Shown: positions 1 through 13,100, counted from the whole stretch's first letter. The stretch is 63,205 nt of DNA, filler included, from 5 parts of 5 records of this genome joined end to end with filler, not necessarily neighbours in it; one strand, 5' to 3'. Numbers and translations: made by a program. The notes: a model not told the origin generated them from the sequence alone.

Positions 1-209
1 CTTGTCGCCTCTGCCTTTTTTCTTTTTTTCAACTAGAGTTTAGCGAAATAAACCATTCTCTATTCTCCCTTTTTTTCCGAAGGGGCATAACGTTACAATA
101 GTAAAGCGAACTCATGCCCACGAAATGTACTTCAAAAGTGCCACATTATGCAAGGTCTACCTCTTTGTCAAATCCCTTTTTGTTTCGCTTAGTGTGTGTG
201 TGTGTGAGA

Positions 210-241
210 AACCAGCAGACCCTACAATAAGAGAGCCCACC
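210..241 (-). repeat. Conserved hairpin motif (copy 1), followed on the minus strand by a (CA)n tract
   Basis: AACCAGCAGAC-N8-AAGAGAGCCCACC at 210-241 recurs at 54871-54899. The minus strand folds as GGUGGGCUCU/AGGGUCUGCU. (TG)n lies at ~192-206. Confidence 0.6.
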
Positions 242-454
242 AAAATTTAAATGGTTGACCCTGAAAGGGGCTGCTGCATGCACGTTTTGACTTGTCACTC
301 CACTCGCCCAGGGTCTCAAGAGTTTTGAGTTCATTGATTGCTAATAAGATGAAAAATGTTCGATTGTTTGATTGTGGATAGGATTAAAAAAATGTTTCTC
401 TGCAGAAAAGTCAGGCCATACTTCGACCAACAAATGACAATTTCTATTGCAGCT

Positions 455-3444
455 TCACGAACTCAGGGCGTCCAACGCCAGAAGAGCAGACCGAGCCCTC
501 TCTTCAAGCGCAAAACCAACCTTTCGCATTTCGTCAAGGTCGTCGCCCAAGGTTTTCGCGACCTCTGTGGCATCTCCCAGCCTTTCACTGAGCACACGTC
601 CGCGCGAAAAAAGTATCATGATGTCTTCCCCGTTGATTTCCAACTTGTTGGCACAAATACTTAATGTGTCCGCTTCACGGACCAGGCACTGTGTAGGATC
701 AATATCATTCGGGTTCAGCGCTTCATCAGCCAAGAGCGCGATAGCACCACTGTAGTCACCAGTAATTTTGGCATTGTAGCCAACAGCAATACCAAAACGG
801 CCGTTCACAGTATTCTTTGAGCCTCCCAGGATGGTTGCAAATCGTGCTTGCGCGTGATTGCGGTAGCCACCGAGGACAACGGCATAGTTGGATCGGACGT
901 GGTTGCCATATCCTCCTCCCACACCACCAGCCTCACCAGAGACGGTATTGAGCATACCGCCCAAAATCGTCAAGTAGTTGCCAACCATGTAGTTGTTTGA
1001 ACCGCCTCCGATACCTCCATAGTTGGAGACAGCAGTGTTGTACTTGCCGCCTCCAACAATTGCAGAGTCGCGAACGACATTATTTTGTTCCCCACCACCA
1101 ATGACACTGTAGTGGCCCCCGACAGTGTTTCCGGAGCCCCCAACAACGGACGAATACCTTCCTGACACTGTGTTGCGATCGCCACCCCCCACCATGGAGG
1201 CCTTGCCACTGACACGATTCGCACCTCCACCCAACACGGTCGCATCATCTTCCACCGCAAAGTTGTTGCTGCCTCCCAAAACAGTCGCGCGGTCACCAAT
1301 AACAGTGTTCGCCGACCCACCGCCGATCGTAGCGGAAATACCGGTAACAGCGTTTGCTGAGCCTCCAGTGATACGAGAAGACTCTCCATTCGCAGTGTTT
1401 CCTTTACCACCGGCAACGGATGACCATTTGCCGATTACCATGTTGTTCTGACCAGCGACATTCGTGCCAAAATCAGCTTTTTTTACAGAGTTCGAAGCAC
1501 CGCCAAGAACGGTGCTGTGCTTGGCATAAGAAATAGTATGTAACGTCCCCCCAGCCACAGTAGCGTAGTCACTGAACTCAATGAAGACGTCGAAGCCACC
1601 GGCGACCGTGCAGAAGTCGGAGAGTGAGTCAATCCTGCAAAAAACAACAATATTTCGAGTCAGCGCCTTGCATTGCAATGTACAAAGAGATTCCGACTTC
1701 CTTGCACTGCAGGACAGGCAGGCTACGATACGTACAAGTTGTCGCGACCACCTCCCAAGGTGCTGTAATCGCCTTCGACGCGGTTGCGGAAACCGCCTCG
1801 CAGAGTCGAGGCATCACCGATTACAAACGGCTCCTTTCCGCCGGCAACAGTACTCAACTCACCGTTGCAAACACCAGTTTGACCACCGAGAACAGTCGAG
1901 TAGTCTTCTTTGGCGCGGTTGGTTTTGCCTCCAACAGTCGTTGCATAGTCGCCATTTGCGGTTCCAGCGTCACCGCCACCAATGCTGGCGTAGTCTCCGG
2001 TTAATTTCCCATACGTGCCACCAGCCACGGATGCGTAACTACCGGTCACAGTGTTACGCGTGCCGCCAACAACGGACGAAAAAGCGCCATTGATAGTATT
2101 GCGAACTCCACCAACAACGGTTGAGCCACCGCCAACAATAACATGGCCACGGCCACCGCCGACAAAACTCCCAGAGCCGTCCTTGATACGACTTGCAGAG
2201 CCGCCCAGAATGGCACCACGTGGTGCATCGACGATCCGATTGCTAAAACCACCACCGACAGTTGCATACGAAGATCCAATGACAGAGTTTGAGACGCCAC
2301 CGATGATTCCGGAAGAAAACCCATCATCAATTTGGTTATTTTGTCCACCATTTACATAGCTGAGGCCACCGGAGGCCAAGTTGCCATCCCCACCAATGAC
2401 GGCATCGTAGCTTCCACTCGCTGTATTGTCGGAACCACCTCCGACAACACTACCAAGCCCGGCTGCATTGTTGTTCTTACCTCCACCAATGAAGCTCTTT
2501 TCACCACTTGCAGTGTTTCCCATGCCACCAAGTACTGTGGCCAAGGGCCCAGCTGTGTTCATCTCACCACCATTAACAACGGCGTAACTCGAGGCGTGGT
2601 TATCAATACCGCCCATAATCGAAGACGCTTCACCTGTCACAGTGTTGCCGCTGCCGCCGGTGATAGAACTGTAGTTTCCGCCGATGAAACCGTCTTCGCC
2701 GCCACGCACAGAACTGAACGACCCAAAGACCGTGTTTGTGGCCCCACCCACTACAACAGAAGAGTCGCCAGTGACCACACTGCTCGAGGATCCAACAATC
2801 GAAGACATAGCTCCAGATACAGTATTAGCGGACCCACCCGCGACGACAGCAAAATCTCCGCTCGCGATGTTGCTAGCACCCCCGATCGCAGTTGAGTAAA
2901 GACCACTGGCCGTATTTTCTTCACCGCCGCCGACAGTTGCGGCATAAGCACTTGCAATATTCGCATTGCCACCAACGATAGTGCCATGGCTGTACCCATC
3001 AGCTGTATTTTGATAGCCGCCACCGATAGAACTGTAGTATCCGTATGAAGAGATGTGATTCTTGCTTCCGCCGCCTGCGGTGCAGTATGGGGCAAACACG
3101 CTGTTCTTGTTTCCACCTCGAATTGTTGTGTACGCACCGGCAACGTAGTTCGAATAGCCACCGCCAATTTGAACACGCCCACCAGACAAGATGGTGTTCT
3201 TCACACCACCATCAATGTTGGAGGCATAACCTCCAACATAGTTCACGTTGCCACCTGTAACTGTCGTGTAAGCAGCGTAGACCGTGTTACTGTACCCACC
3301 CGCGACGTTGCTGTAACTTCCATACGCAGCATTCGAGTATCCACCTGAAATGACCGCATACGTTCCCTGACCTGCCACTCGCTGGAACTGAGAGACCACG
3401 GCAACCAGAGCAGCCACAGCCTTTCCGTTCCCGCACGGCGCCAT
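455..3444 (-). CDS. Secreted Gly-rich repeat protein (15-aa GGxxNxxxGxxSxV/I beta-solenoid, YadA-head/tail-fibre-like) with C-terminal coiled coil; 2 exons (3444-1736, 1634-455), 962 aa
   Basis: ORFs 1723..3444 and 455..1678 carry the same repeat. They join in frame across a GT-AG intron at 1735-1635 (GTACGT donor, GCTGAC branch, TTGCAG acceptor) giving ...GRDNL-IDSLSDF. The N-terminus is hydrophobic (AVAALVAVVS). Confidence 0.8.
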
Positions 3445-3744
3445 GGTTCAGCGTCTCCTGGCGGGTGCGACAAGTTCGGACAAGAACACCGTACAATAAC
3501 TTTCCCACTTCGGCTCGTTGTCCTCAAAGACGAGGCCCAGTTCGAAAATGCAGACACCAGCACCAACCGCCAAGGCCAGAAAGAAACCGAGAGAAAAAAA
3601 CAGCGAAACCAGAACACGAGTTAAAGTATCCACACCGCTGCGCGCCCACGTCCCAATCAGTCAGTGATGTGAGTGCTCCCGCTGAAAGCTAATTGCACCA
3701 GAGGTCCTCCTTACTGCGCTGTCAACCAGTGTGCGCTCGAAGCG

Positions 3745-3920
3745 GACAGAGAGACAGAGCCGCGAGGGAGCGAGCGAGCGAGCAGGAGCAGTACAAGTGA
3801 GAGAGCCAGACCGCAACAGAGACAGAGAGACAAAGAGACAGTGAGACATGAGAGACAGGGAGGCAGAGCGACAGACAGAGAGACAGACTGAAGAGAAGGG
3901 AGAGGAGAGGTGAGGAGGGA
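3745..3920. repeat. Purine-rich (GAGACA/GA)n low-complexity tract
   Basis: Repeated gagaca/gacaga/gcga units upstream of the Gly-rich gene. Confidence 0.7.
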
Positions 3921-4812
3921 CACCCACCCAGTACACTCGTAGTACAATGGCTTCACATCCACTTTCGTGTGGCTGAGAGCGAAACCTTGCGATAGTGCAC
4001 ACCCTCCACCGTTTTGAGCAACTGATCCACACGCTGGACTGCTTCCGTGGGCAATCACGCAGATAGTAGACCTTCTCGAAGAGTACAACAACTAAAAGCG
4101 AGGGGAGAAAATGCTAAAAAGTGGGCGATCCTCCCATTCTACAGCTCCCACCCACAATTTTGCGGGGACGGGTGGGTTCGTTCGCCCACCGCCACCCCAC
4201 ACCCGACGCCGTGGTTGACTGCGCAATTTTGAAAATTTAGCATTGTCTTGACACTTTGACTCACTTTAAAAATTCATTCAAGTACCGACGACAACGCCCT
4301 GACTCGCTTGATTGCAAAGCGAAGTCAGGAAGTAGTGTCCGCGAGTGTCCATTTTGGCACAGTTTGGGTGCGCAAGTGCTAAAAAGTCCCCCTTTGCGGA
4401 GGAAAAGAGTCCTTTTCTCTGGTGGCTGTGGTGAGGGTAGGTATGTATCGTACCTTTGGGCGGGTTGCGAGTATCACTGGGTGATGACGTGCGTGGTGAT
4501 GAGAATAGAATGGGAGTCTGGAGCAAGTGATGGCGCAGTTTGGCACCGCCAAGTGAGGGCATGACAATACTTCGAATGCGTGGCGCACGGTAGGTGCCAA
4601 TATCGAGGAGCGAATAGCAGTGTAATGGCGGAAGGAGTGTGCGCGCGTAATGTGAGTACCGGTAGTTGTAAAATGTTAGACGTCCTGCCTATCGAGACTG
4701 GCGCCGTGGCCAGGGCCTCCGACGCGAGACCCAACTAACGTTTGGGAAGAGCCTTGGGATGCTTTCGCACTAGCGAGACGGGTGTTGCCGTTTCCAGGGC
4801 TATTTCCCACCC

Positions 4813-7800
4813 CTAGATTGTGCTTGAGCTCATTGTACCTAAGCATTCAATTCATTGGGCAACCGATCAAGACCAAAAAGTCAATCGCGTGCCACTTTCG
4901 ACAGCAATGAAGGGCTGGAAACTGGTACCATCCACTGACATTTTCTCAACTTCGACGAAGGACAGTTTCAATGAATAATCCAGCGATTTTGACCATTCTT
5001 CAAACTCTCGTCCACCTCCCAAACCTTCAGGCTCTCCATCTCGCCCCGGGCCATTTGATCCCAAAGCCGATTGTCGAGCTCCGGCAGCTTGCAACTTCAA
5101 TTGGCAATAATCGGCCATAAAAGCACTGACAGGAATTGGTGCATCGCCGAGGAAGTGCTTGCTCAAAAAGTGTTGTGCCTGATCCAAACAGAACGAGAAA
5201 ACACGCCCAACGTGAAGTCTTTGGAAAGAACAAGAACGGTATCATCTGAATGGGAAACCATTTCGACACTTACAGAAACACCAGATGCAGCGCAAATTCC
5301 AATCACAGCCCGCTTGTCAAGTGAACCTCCAGTCTGCACGAGCGTTGCAACGATGTCGACATTCGAGAAAAAGCGTCAGTCAAACATTCGGTGCAACTTG
5401 TCCCATGGGAACAGGGTTCCCAAAGTTACAAGGAAAATTCGGTCAAACCCACCTCCCAACGCAGGCAGAGTTCGTGAACATGCTGTGAGTCCTCAAGCAT
5501 TTCTTGAGTATCATCCTGCATCCACCATCGCATCAACTGCGCAAAGCTCACTGTATCAAGCCTATGATACGCAGCAATACAAAGCACGTGCTAAAGAGAG
5601 GCAAAGGTCAAATTCGTAGACTACAATGTTCTCGAGAGTGGCGAACTGTATCACGCACATCAAATTTTCTTCTTGAAATTGCTCCGGAATGTGCCACGAT
5701 TGCAATCCAAGACTCAAGAGGAATGCCGCCTACGTCAGGAACAATGGAGCGGTAACGCAACAAGGCAAACATACCCCTACGAGTGAGACCTACATCCACT
5801 CATAAAATGATGCCAACCTGACACCAATCGCCACAGTCGCCAGACCAGAACAACTTACCACGCTGCTACTTTTAATGTACCCATCAGCAGCTGCGTCAAA
5901 TTGAAGAAACTGTTGCAAAAGCATTACACAATTCGCCTTCAACAAAAGGCGCTTACAACGGTCGGAGCACACACACCATAACTCAACACCATATTTCTCA
6001 TCCAGACCTGAACTGCAAATTTCTGAATGAATGGTTTTTCCCATTCCAACGCAGCCTAAGCGTGGAGCAAAGCCCAGCCATCGCCCATCATGTCTCAGTG
6101 AGACCATTACGCGAACGAAACCATTAACAACAAAGTTCAAACAAGCTGACGTTGACAATGTTCGATACCTGTTGTATCAATGCTGTTTGTGTAACTTTTT
6201 CTGACCCTGTGTTGGCCACACCACCATCGGCAACCAATCCAGCCTCGTCAGTGGAGCCAGCGTTCCCGTTATCCTGAATACTTGCCGATGGTAAAGCTAA
6301 GACATCAACCTGTATTCCAAACAGCACTGTCATGTTGCCAGCACTGGCACTAAAAATACGATTCAGCTCGCCTTTTGCCAACAATTTCGTACCTTGCCCT
6401 GGCAAACTTTTTTCATAGGACGATTGCGACGACCCGCACGAGCTTCCAGACGAATAGATTTCCGACCCTGCCAAAATTAAGGTAACCAACATCAACAAGT
6501 CAATAGCGCACACAAATCGAAGCCTTCATTGCATATTCAGCGCTCAAGTATTGCACCCACAAACGCCAATAAAGACTATCGTACCTTCGTGGGTTCTACT
6601 TTCAAAATAAAAAAATACTCATCTTCAATGGGAAAGACCCGGGACATGGTCCTCATGCCATTCTTTGTGTCGCGAGTCTCGTCCTCCAGATCCTGACCGA
6701 GTGTGAGCGTTGTGCCGGGGGTAATAAACTTGTTGTGCTCCTTCGCACCACCAGTTTCCCGGAATTCGACCGCAAACTTGAGCCAATCCCCGGCAAAATG
6801 TTCTTGGACACCCTCCACGCCCACAACGCGGCCAACGCACCTACCAGTAGGTATTGGCGCGGACAAAGAATGGTCTCTTGATTTGCAGGGCAGGTTGTGT
6901 ACTCAACAGGAAAAGGAAAGAACTCACCATCCATCCAGCGAACAGTCTAAAATCAAGTTCAAGTGCATGGTGTCCGCATATTTTTCCTGCCCGCACACAA
7001 CATTAAAATATGGCGTTGGCGTTTGAAGATCCGATGACAGGCGAAGTACGAATGCGAAGAAGACAACATGGAGCGGCCCACACGCACTCTTTGCGATTTG
7101 GCAAGCTTCAAAGCAACAGAGTGAGTTGGCCTGCATACAAATTCACTAATTGAGACCTTGAAAGGACAGCCAGTCCAATGTTGCAGCCTAATGGTCTGCA
7201 ATGTCGAGCAACACAACAATTGCAATACGAACTTGGCTCTTGGGTCCCGAAGAACATCGTGAAAAACAGGGACCGATAACAAGTTGCACCTGGTCGGACA
7301 AATATGATGAAAAAATGAATAACCACGGTAGTTCTGTGCGCAACACATTGCATCAAATCACCATCGCATCTCCCGGGAGCGGAGCGTACATTTGGAACAG
7401 TTGTACGCAAGACAACGTGAAAGCTCCAATGAGCAAGCGATCCGTGTCGGTGACGCGGAACGTGACTTGGAGATTTCCGTAGTTGGTGACAGTGTATTCG
7501 AACGTCTGTCAATGCAAAAAAAAAGGGTCACATAAGCACAGCCCCGCTCAAGTAGATATAATGCAACGCGGAAGCTTGGCTCAACATATACCGACCTCGT
7601 CGGTCCAAACTGGGTTAGTGTCTTGTTTCATGGGGACCGTGTGCTGACGTCGACGCATTTCTACCACCTGTAGTGGTACCAAAAAAAAAATTGTAAGAAC
7701 GATCAACATGTGTGAACACAAAAAATCCAACAACCTTCAAGAAGCAGACACGACTAGCATGGCACGGGCCTTCACGGGCTTGAAGTTTATCACCTCAAAG

Positions 7801-9785
7801 CACTCAACTTCCACCTGTGGCGAGCACAACCGGCTCGCTTGCTGTTTAGAGCAGCAAGTTTGGCAATTCGAACATAAAACTGTCAACTCAGAAGTTCTTT
7901 GCAGTTTTGGGACAACACAGCAACAAACACCCCAGTCCAAAGCACAGGACCATGGATTCGAATGCCGGCACGCACCGTGGTCAAATTTCTCCCCGAAATG
8001 ACCTGAATTGTAATGTCTGCTCTGCTAGACGCTGCTTGAACCAGTGACGATGCTGTCTTGGAGGATTTCATAGAGGCTCCAATCGTGAGGGATGGAAGCT
8101 TCGAGGGCGGCAGCGAACTGATGTTATCTTCCTGCAGGAGGGGCAAAGTTCGAACGCAATGCCGCGACACAACTGTCGAGCCTTGGACATAGACCTACGA
8201 GCGTTGAACGCATTTGACAGCTGAGCTGGGCAAAATAGTTTTAAGGCGACAGTCAACAGCACGTGGAAACAGCTCTTTCGAAACGAACATAGTATTGCAT
8301 TCCCTGCACAAGCATGAACAGTTGGGAAACTTCTAAGCTGCTCGGGAAGGCGGTTCCGGGACCAAGTGGAAATAATAGCGGGGCTTCTTCGCCAACCCGG
8401 CTATTGAGATCTCCCCACGAGCTCTACACGTGACATAGGTTGCAAATACAGATCAGTCGGACTGACTCATGGGTCCCAAAACAACCCCAAACGCAAAAAA
8501 GTTGTCGTTAACATTGACTTACGACGTCAACCCCACTGGGGGCGGCAAGAAAAAGCATAGTGGCATCGGGGGCCAGTTCAACTCTTAGATTCGCCGCCGC
8601 AACGCTGAACATATCGTCGATTGTTTGGTTATGGAGAACGACGCAGTCAACGCCATTCAGCCTGACAACACAAAAAAACAAGCAACAAGACTTCATCGTC
8701 GAAAAGCGAGAGCACAATCGCATGACAGTCCATTACCCGCAACCACACTCGTACGCACCCGTAAGCACTGCTTGAACTTGTTTCCATGAATGCGGTGAAA
8801 TGCACTTGCTCGCCGGCAAGCTTTCCCGACTTGGCGCCACCAGCAGCGACTTTTCCTTCTCCCTTCACTTGTTCAATTGAAGCGGAGACAGCTCGCGCCC
8901 AGTGCAGCAGATCTCTGACCATCTCACCACTGTTGGCAACGAAGCAAATACAGCAACACAGCGCAGTGAGTATGTCGCAATAAGAATATAACAACAGAGA
9001 CTCTACGTGAAGATAGCAGCACTGGTGGGCGGTGCAAGTATTGACAGTGGGCACACGCACCGGGTAGCTCCAATTGGTTGAAGGTGAATAATCATGTCCT
9101 TCTCTGGGACCTTGATGTCCAATATGTAAGGACACTTTTTTGGCCCTTGGTGTCGAGTGCGTGTCCGATACACTCCGGTTTGGGGCGTAATTTTTATGAC
9201 TCCCTTGCAGACACTGTTGTCGACTTCGCCCTGCGACATTTTGTTCAGCTTAGAACTCTGGTCGACTGTATAGTAACGAAGCTCACCATCTCGCAGAAGC
9301 AGGAAACGTTTATCGTATTTGTTCTTTTGCCAGTAAGCGCCGGAGTCTCCTTTGTCGATGCATTTCATGAGCCAACCATGAGCGTATGGCTTGCTACTTG
9401 TAAATGTCTGCGATTCCAAAGCTCGTTCTTCACTTGCCATTTTTTCGATCACCATACTTAACTCCGACACCCAAATATCGCACATATTAGTCGCCGAGTC
9501 ACCAAGGGCGTTGGAGTCCACAGCAAAGCGCACAGTGTCTGATCCATGACCTTTCACGGAAAGCTCGAAGCTGGTTGACTCTGGGACACGCCGCACGGTG
9601 CTTTGAGCAGTCAACTCGTATGTATTGCGCTGCCGCTGGAGTTGCTGGTCAGTGTACTCTTGAAGTGCCCCGTGTGTGAGGCAAAGGTACCGCTTTTTGG
9701 GCACATCGTTGGTAAAGCGGTACAGTTCCCCCTCAAGGATTATGTTGCTGCGGTTCATACTGTCTCGCTCGCACCTGCCCAACCC
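4813..9785 (-). CDS. Multi-exon protein with tandem PH domains and C2-like domains, 5'-truncated at the contig end
   Basis: 9003..9782 has two PH signatures (LEGELYR..KKRYLCL..W; HGWLMK..YDKRFLLLRDGELRYY). Downstream exons give C2 motifs (ITIQVISGRNL, KQDTNPVWTDE|TFEYTV, HFLGDAPIPVS). Many short GT-AG introns. The exact exon chain and 3' end are uncertain. Confidence 0.6.
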
Positions 9786-9885
9786 NNNNNNNNNNNNNNN
9801 NNNNNNNNNNNNNNNNNNNNNNNNNNNNNTTAATTAATTAANNNNNNNNNNNNNNNNNNNNNNNNNNNNNNNNNNNNNNNNNNNN
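9786..9885. other. Artificial contig linker
   Basis: 44 N + TTAATTAATTAA (stop in all six frames) + 44 N. Confidence 0.98.
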
Positions 9886-9946
9886 GTGGCAGTGGCAGTG
9901 GCAGTGGCAGTGGCATGGGCAGTGGCAGTGGCAGTGGCATGGGCAA
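9886..9946 (+). repeat. (GGCAGT)n microsatellite, possibly the GS-rich C-terminus of a truncated plus-strand gene ending ...GMGNRYNILK*
   Basis: Hexamer tandem repeat at the contig start, open in the GSGSGMG frame up to a TAA at ~9968. Confidence 0.6.
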
Positions 9947-10154
9947 CAGGTACAACATCCTGAAATAAACAACTGGTCCACCAGTGTTGGAATCGGTGCC
10001 CAAGCCGAAGGACCTCTGGTATCTGGGCGTGTACGAAGCGCAAAAAAGCTGGCTGCTCGTCGTTTCATGCATTTCTTTACATTTATCACAAGGACTGCTT
10101 CCTGTGTTGCTGGGGGCGGCAACATCACAGACAAGTCACCGTGGAGGCGGCTAT

Positions 10155-13100
10155 CTACAGCCGGAAGTGTTGGCAGTTGGGCAGTGCAGCTTTCAAAAAC
10201 GAACGAGCTGTTTCGATTCCCGTCAGGCCTGACCAACAATAGCACAGTGCAGCAGTTCACCGTGCTTGTACGACACGCTCCAGGCGAAACAACCAACGGC
10301 CACGCGCTGCGACTTCACACACAAACCGTTGCGATTTAGGGCGAGCCCAGTTAAGTTTGTAAGTTGAGCGAGCTCCATCGGGACTGGCCCTGTGAGAAGA
10401 TTTCCCCGCAGCACGAGGCGCGTCAACTTGGTCAAAGTGGCTATTTCGGTGGGAATCTGACCAGTAAACTTGTTGCTCCCTTCAACCGCCAGACACAACA
10501 CCAACACGACCATGAACGTTGCAATCGCAGCGGGACACCGAAATCGCAGGTTTAAGCTGTAAACGCACCCAGTCCAAGGCCAGTCAAATTTACCAGCTTT
10601 GCAACATCCTTTGGGATTTGGCCAGTAAAATTGTTCTCGCACAAGTTCAAGTACCTGCACGTGAAACATTGGCCGAGCGCAACGTGTGATAGTTCCACAG
10701 GTGCGTTACCAGCGCACCGTCGTTCCACAATGCTGCGTGCGTCGCGTACGTTAGTTTCGGAAGGCCGGTGAAGAGTTCTTGCGGCAACGGGCCAGTGAGG
10801 CAATTGCCCTCCAACTGCAACGACGTCAGCGTTGCCATTTGGCATATTTCCACCGGCAGAGGGCCAGTCAACTCATTATGAAAAAGATTCAGCTGCTCCA
10901 GCGTCAGAAACTGACTGAAGCCAAACGGAATCTTACCGCGCAAATTCAAGTAAGTGAGTGTCAACGTGTTCTCGTGCAATGTGTATCCACCGCCGTCGTT
11001 GAAGGACACAGACCACTGGCCGTCGCGGCCGCGAAGGGCACCTGGCCACGCCAACTCCAAGCGCCACAACGCGGGAAGGTCGCCTTCAAGGCAACCGGAC
11101 AGCATCTCACAGGCGTTTCGGACACGTCGATCTTTCGAGTGTGTTCCACTGGGCAGTGCCAACTTTGCTGCAAGCAGCTGCTCATGCACAATCTAGCGCA
11201 GGCAAATAGCGCCGAAATTATCGGATGGACAACAACTGGCAGGTGCACCCACACACACGCCAATGCTGATGACACACCTGAAGCTCACAAATGTGATCTA
11301 GGTCAGTTGACCCACGACCGTCGAGGCCGTCGTGCGCTCGAAACCGAAAATAAACAAGGACGTCCCGCCAGCCCCCTCCGATTGCATGGCGGCGGTCACC
11401 AGTTTGTGCAAATCGATCTTCCACGCTAATGAGTTCGATGCTGTCTGAATTTTTATCACCGTCCAAAGCCTGACAACCACAACCACGGCTTGTCGGAAAC
11501 CGTTTCCAACCCCCAAAACATTCCATGGACAAGATTCCACAAACAGCGCACGCACCGACAGATGAGCCAGTACAGACGCGATACCATCCATATCCTTCAT
11601 GACAACGCGTCCACGAACGACATCGCGAATGTGACCAACCGCTGCTGAGTAGGCAACTGAGTGGGCACTCAGTGACCGAGCCTTTTGCTCGTCAACTTTT
11701 TGTTGCAAAAGCTGCCGCTGCTGAGTTTCATTCGAGGAAGTGTCTGCCAACTGCTGCTCCAGCTCCTGAGCTATGTGAGTGGGAATTTGACCTTCCAAAG
11801 GCCAAAATGAACGGTGTGCGCGATTGTCAAGCAAATACAATGTTGCAACATCGCGATTCCTGGTGCAACAATGCGCTTCCGCACCTGGTGGGCAAAAGCT
11901 GGCTTGCACGACTTGCTCCACAACACGCTCGAGGCGCTTCAATCTCGGGGCCGACATGGCGCGAACAAAACTCGAAGGATGGTTGTCTACGAGGGACTTT
12001 CCAAGGCGCGACATAAACGCGTCGAACCGTGGCTTTACGCGTGCGCCTTGAAGGTACCTACGTCACAGATGGACAAGCAGCGCTGACGAGCAGGCTTGGC
12101 CAACAAACTGTATGCGGGATAATGAAAGCGTTTTGAAAATGACGCACAGATCCACGACAGTCTTCGTGCTTTGAACGGTCCGAAGGCGTCGCTCTCGCTG
12201 CAAACGGGCCTCAGCGGCACTGAACCTCCGGGCGGCATCGTGTCGCACCAATCGCCCTGCATTAAATTGGCGAATGCGACTCATCTCAAGTTCGGCCAGG
12301 TACCTGTCGTTGAACAGCGATGGAATGTGTAAATTCTGCGCTGCGGATGAACGTTTCAACGTTTGGTCGACCAATCGTGTACTTGCCGCTTCACAAAGTC
12401 CTTTTCGTGTGCGTCCAGAGCTGTACCCCGCGATTTTTGTAACGCGTTGCGAATCATTAAATACCTGTGAAAGCGGAGACTTGTTCAACGCAATCGCTGC
12501 AACGTTGTCCGGAGTTCAAGTGCTCGTGTTTAAAAGAAACGTACTGTGCGCCTTCCGACTTGACAACATTAGCAACCGACTGCTCGAAGTCTGGGTCAAC
12601 CGGCTTTGTTTCATTTTGATTAATCGCTCGCTGTACCTATTGCCACAAAACAAACGGATCAACGCAAGGTTTTCACTAACACACGCACAAGATGCGGAGG
12701 CAACACAACACCAAAACAAAACAAAAACGCCGAACATGTTCAAGCGACTCTGTGGCTGCGGCAGTGAGCATACTAAATTCGTCGTCTTCTTGATCCAGTG
12801 CATCGCCACCATCGGCTGAGTCACCGTCGCCGTCGTCCGAGTCACTCCTGATCATGTTGCACAGCAACAAATACGTACTGCAATCAATTGGACAGTCCAA
12901 GATACCCGCCAAGGCTATGGGAGTCGCACGCTAATGCACGTACTCGAGGCTGCGAATCAGCTCATCGACTTCTCCTTTTTCGTTTTGAGCGGTGGCCCGG
13001 CTATCTCCTGGCGCCGTTACATCCATTGCATCACCAGCTGAATCAATGGCCGCTGCTGCAGCATCCAGATCAGCCCGAATGGCACGATCTCCTGGCCCAC

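Noticed and set aside
970-3348. Multiple plus-strand and alternate-frame ORFs rich in PPT/PP
   Set aside because: They are shadows of the Gly-rich repeat gene on the minus strand.
9830-9841. TTAATTAATTAA as a biological repeat or att site
   Set aside because: It is identical, centred in 44-N pads at all four junctions, and is a six-frame stop spacer.
9838-10296. Cys/His-rich (CHCHC) metal-binding peptide
   Set aside because: It is a translation of the (GGCAGT)n microsatellite in an arbitrary frame.
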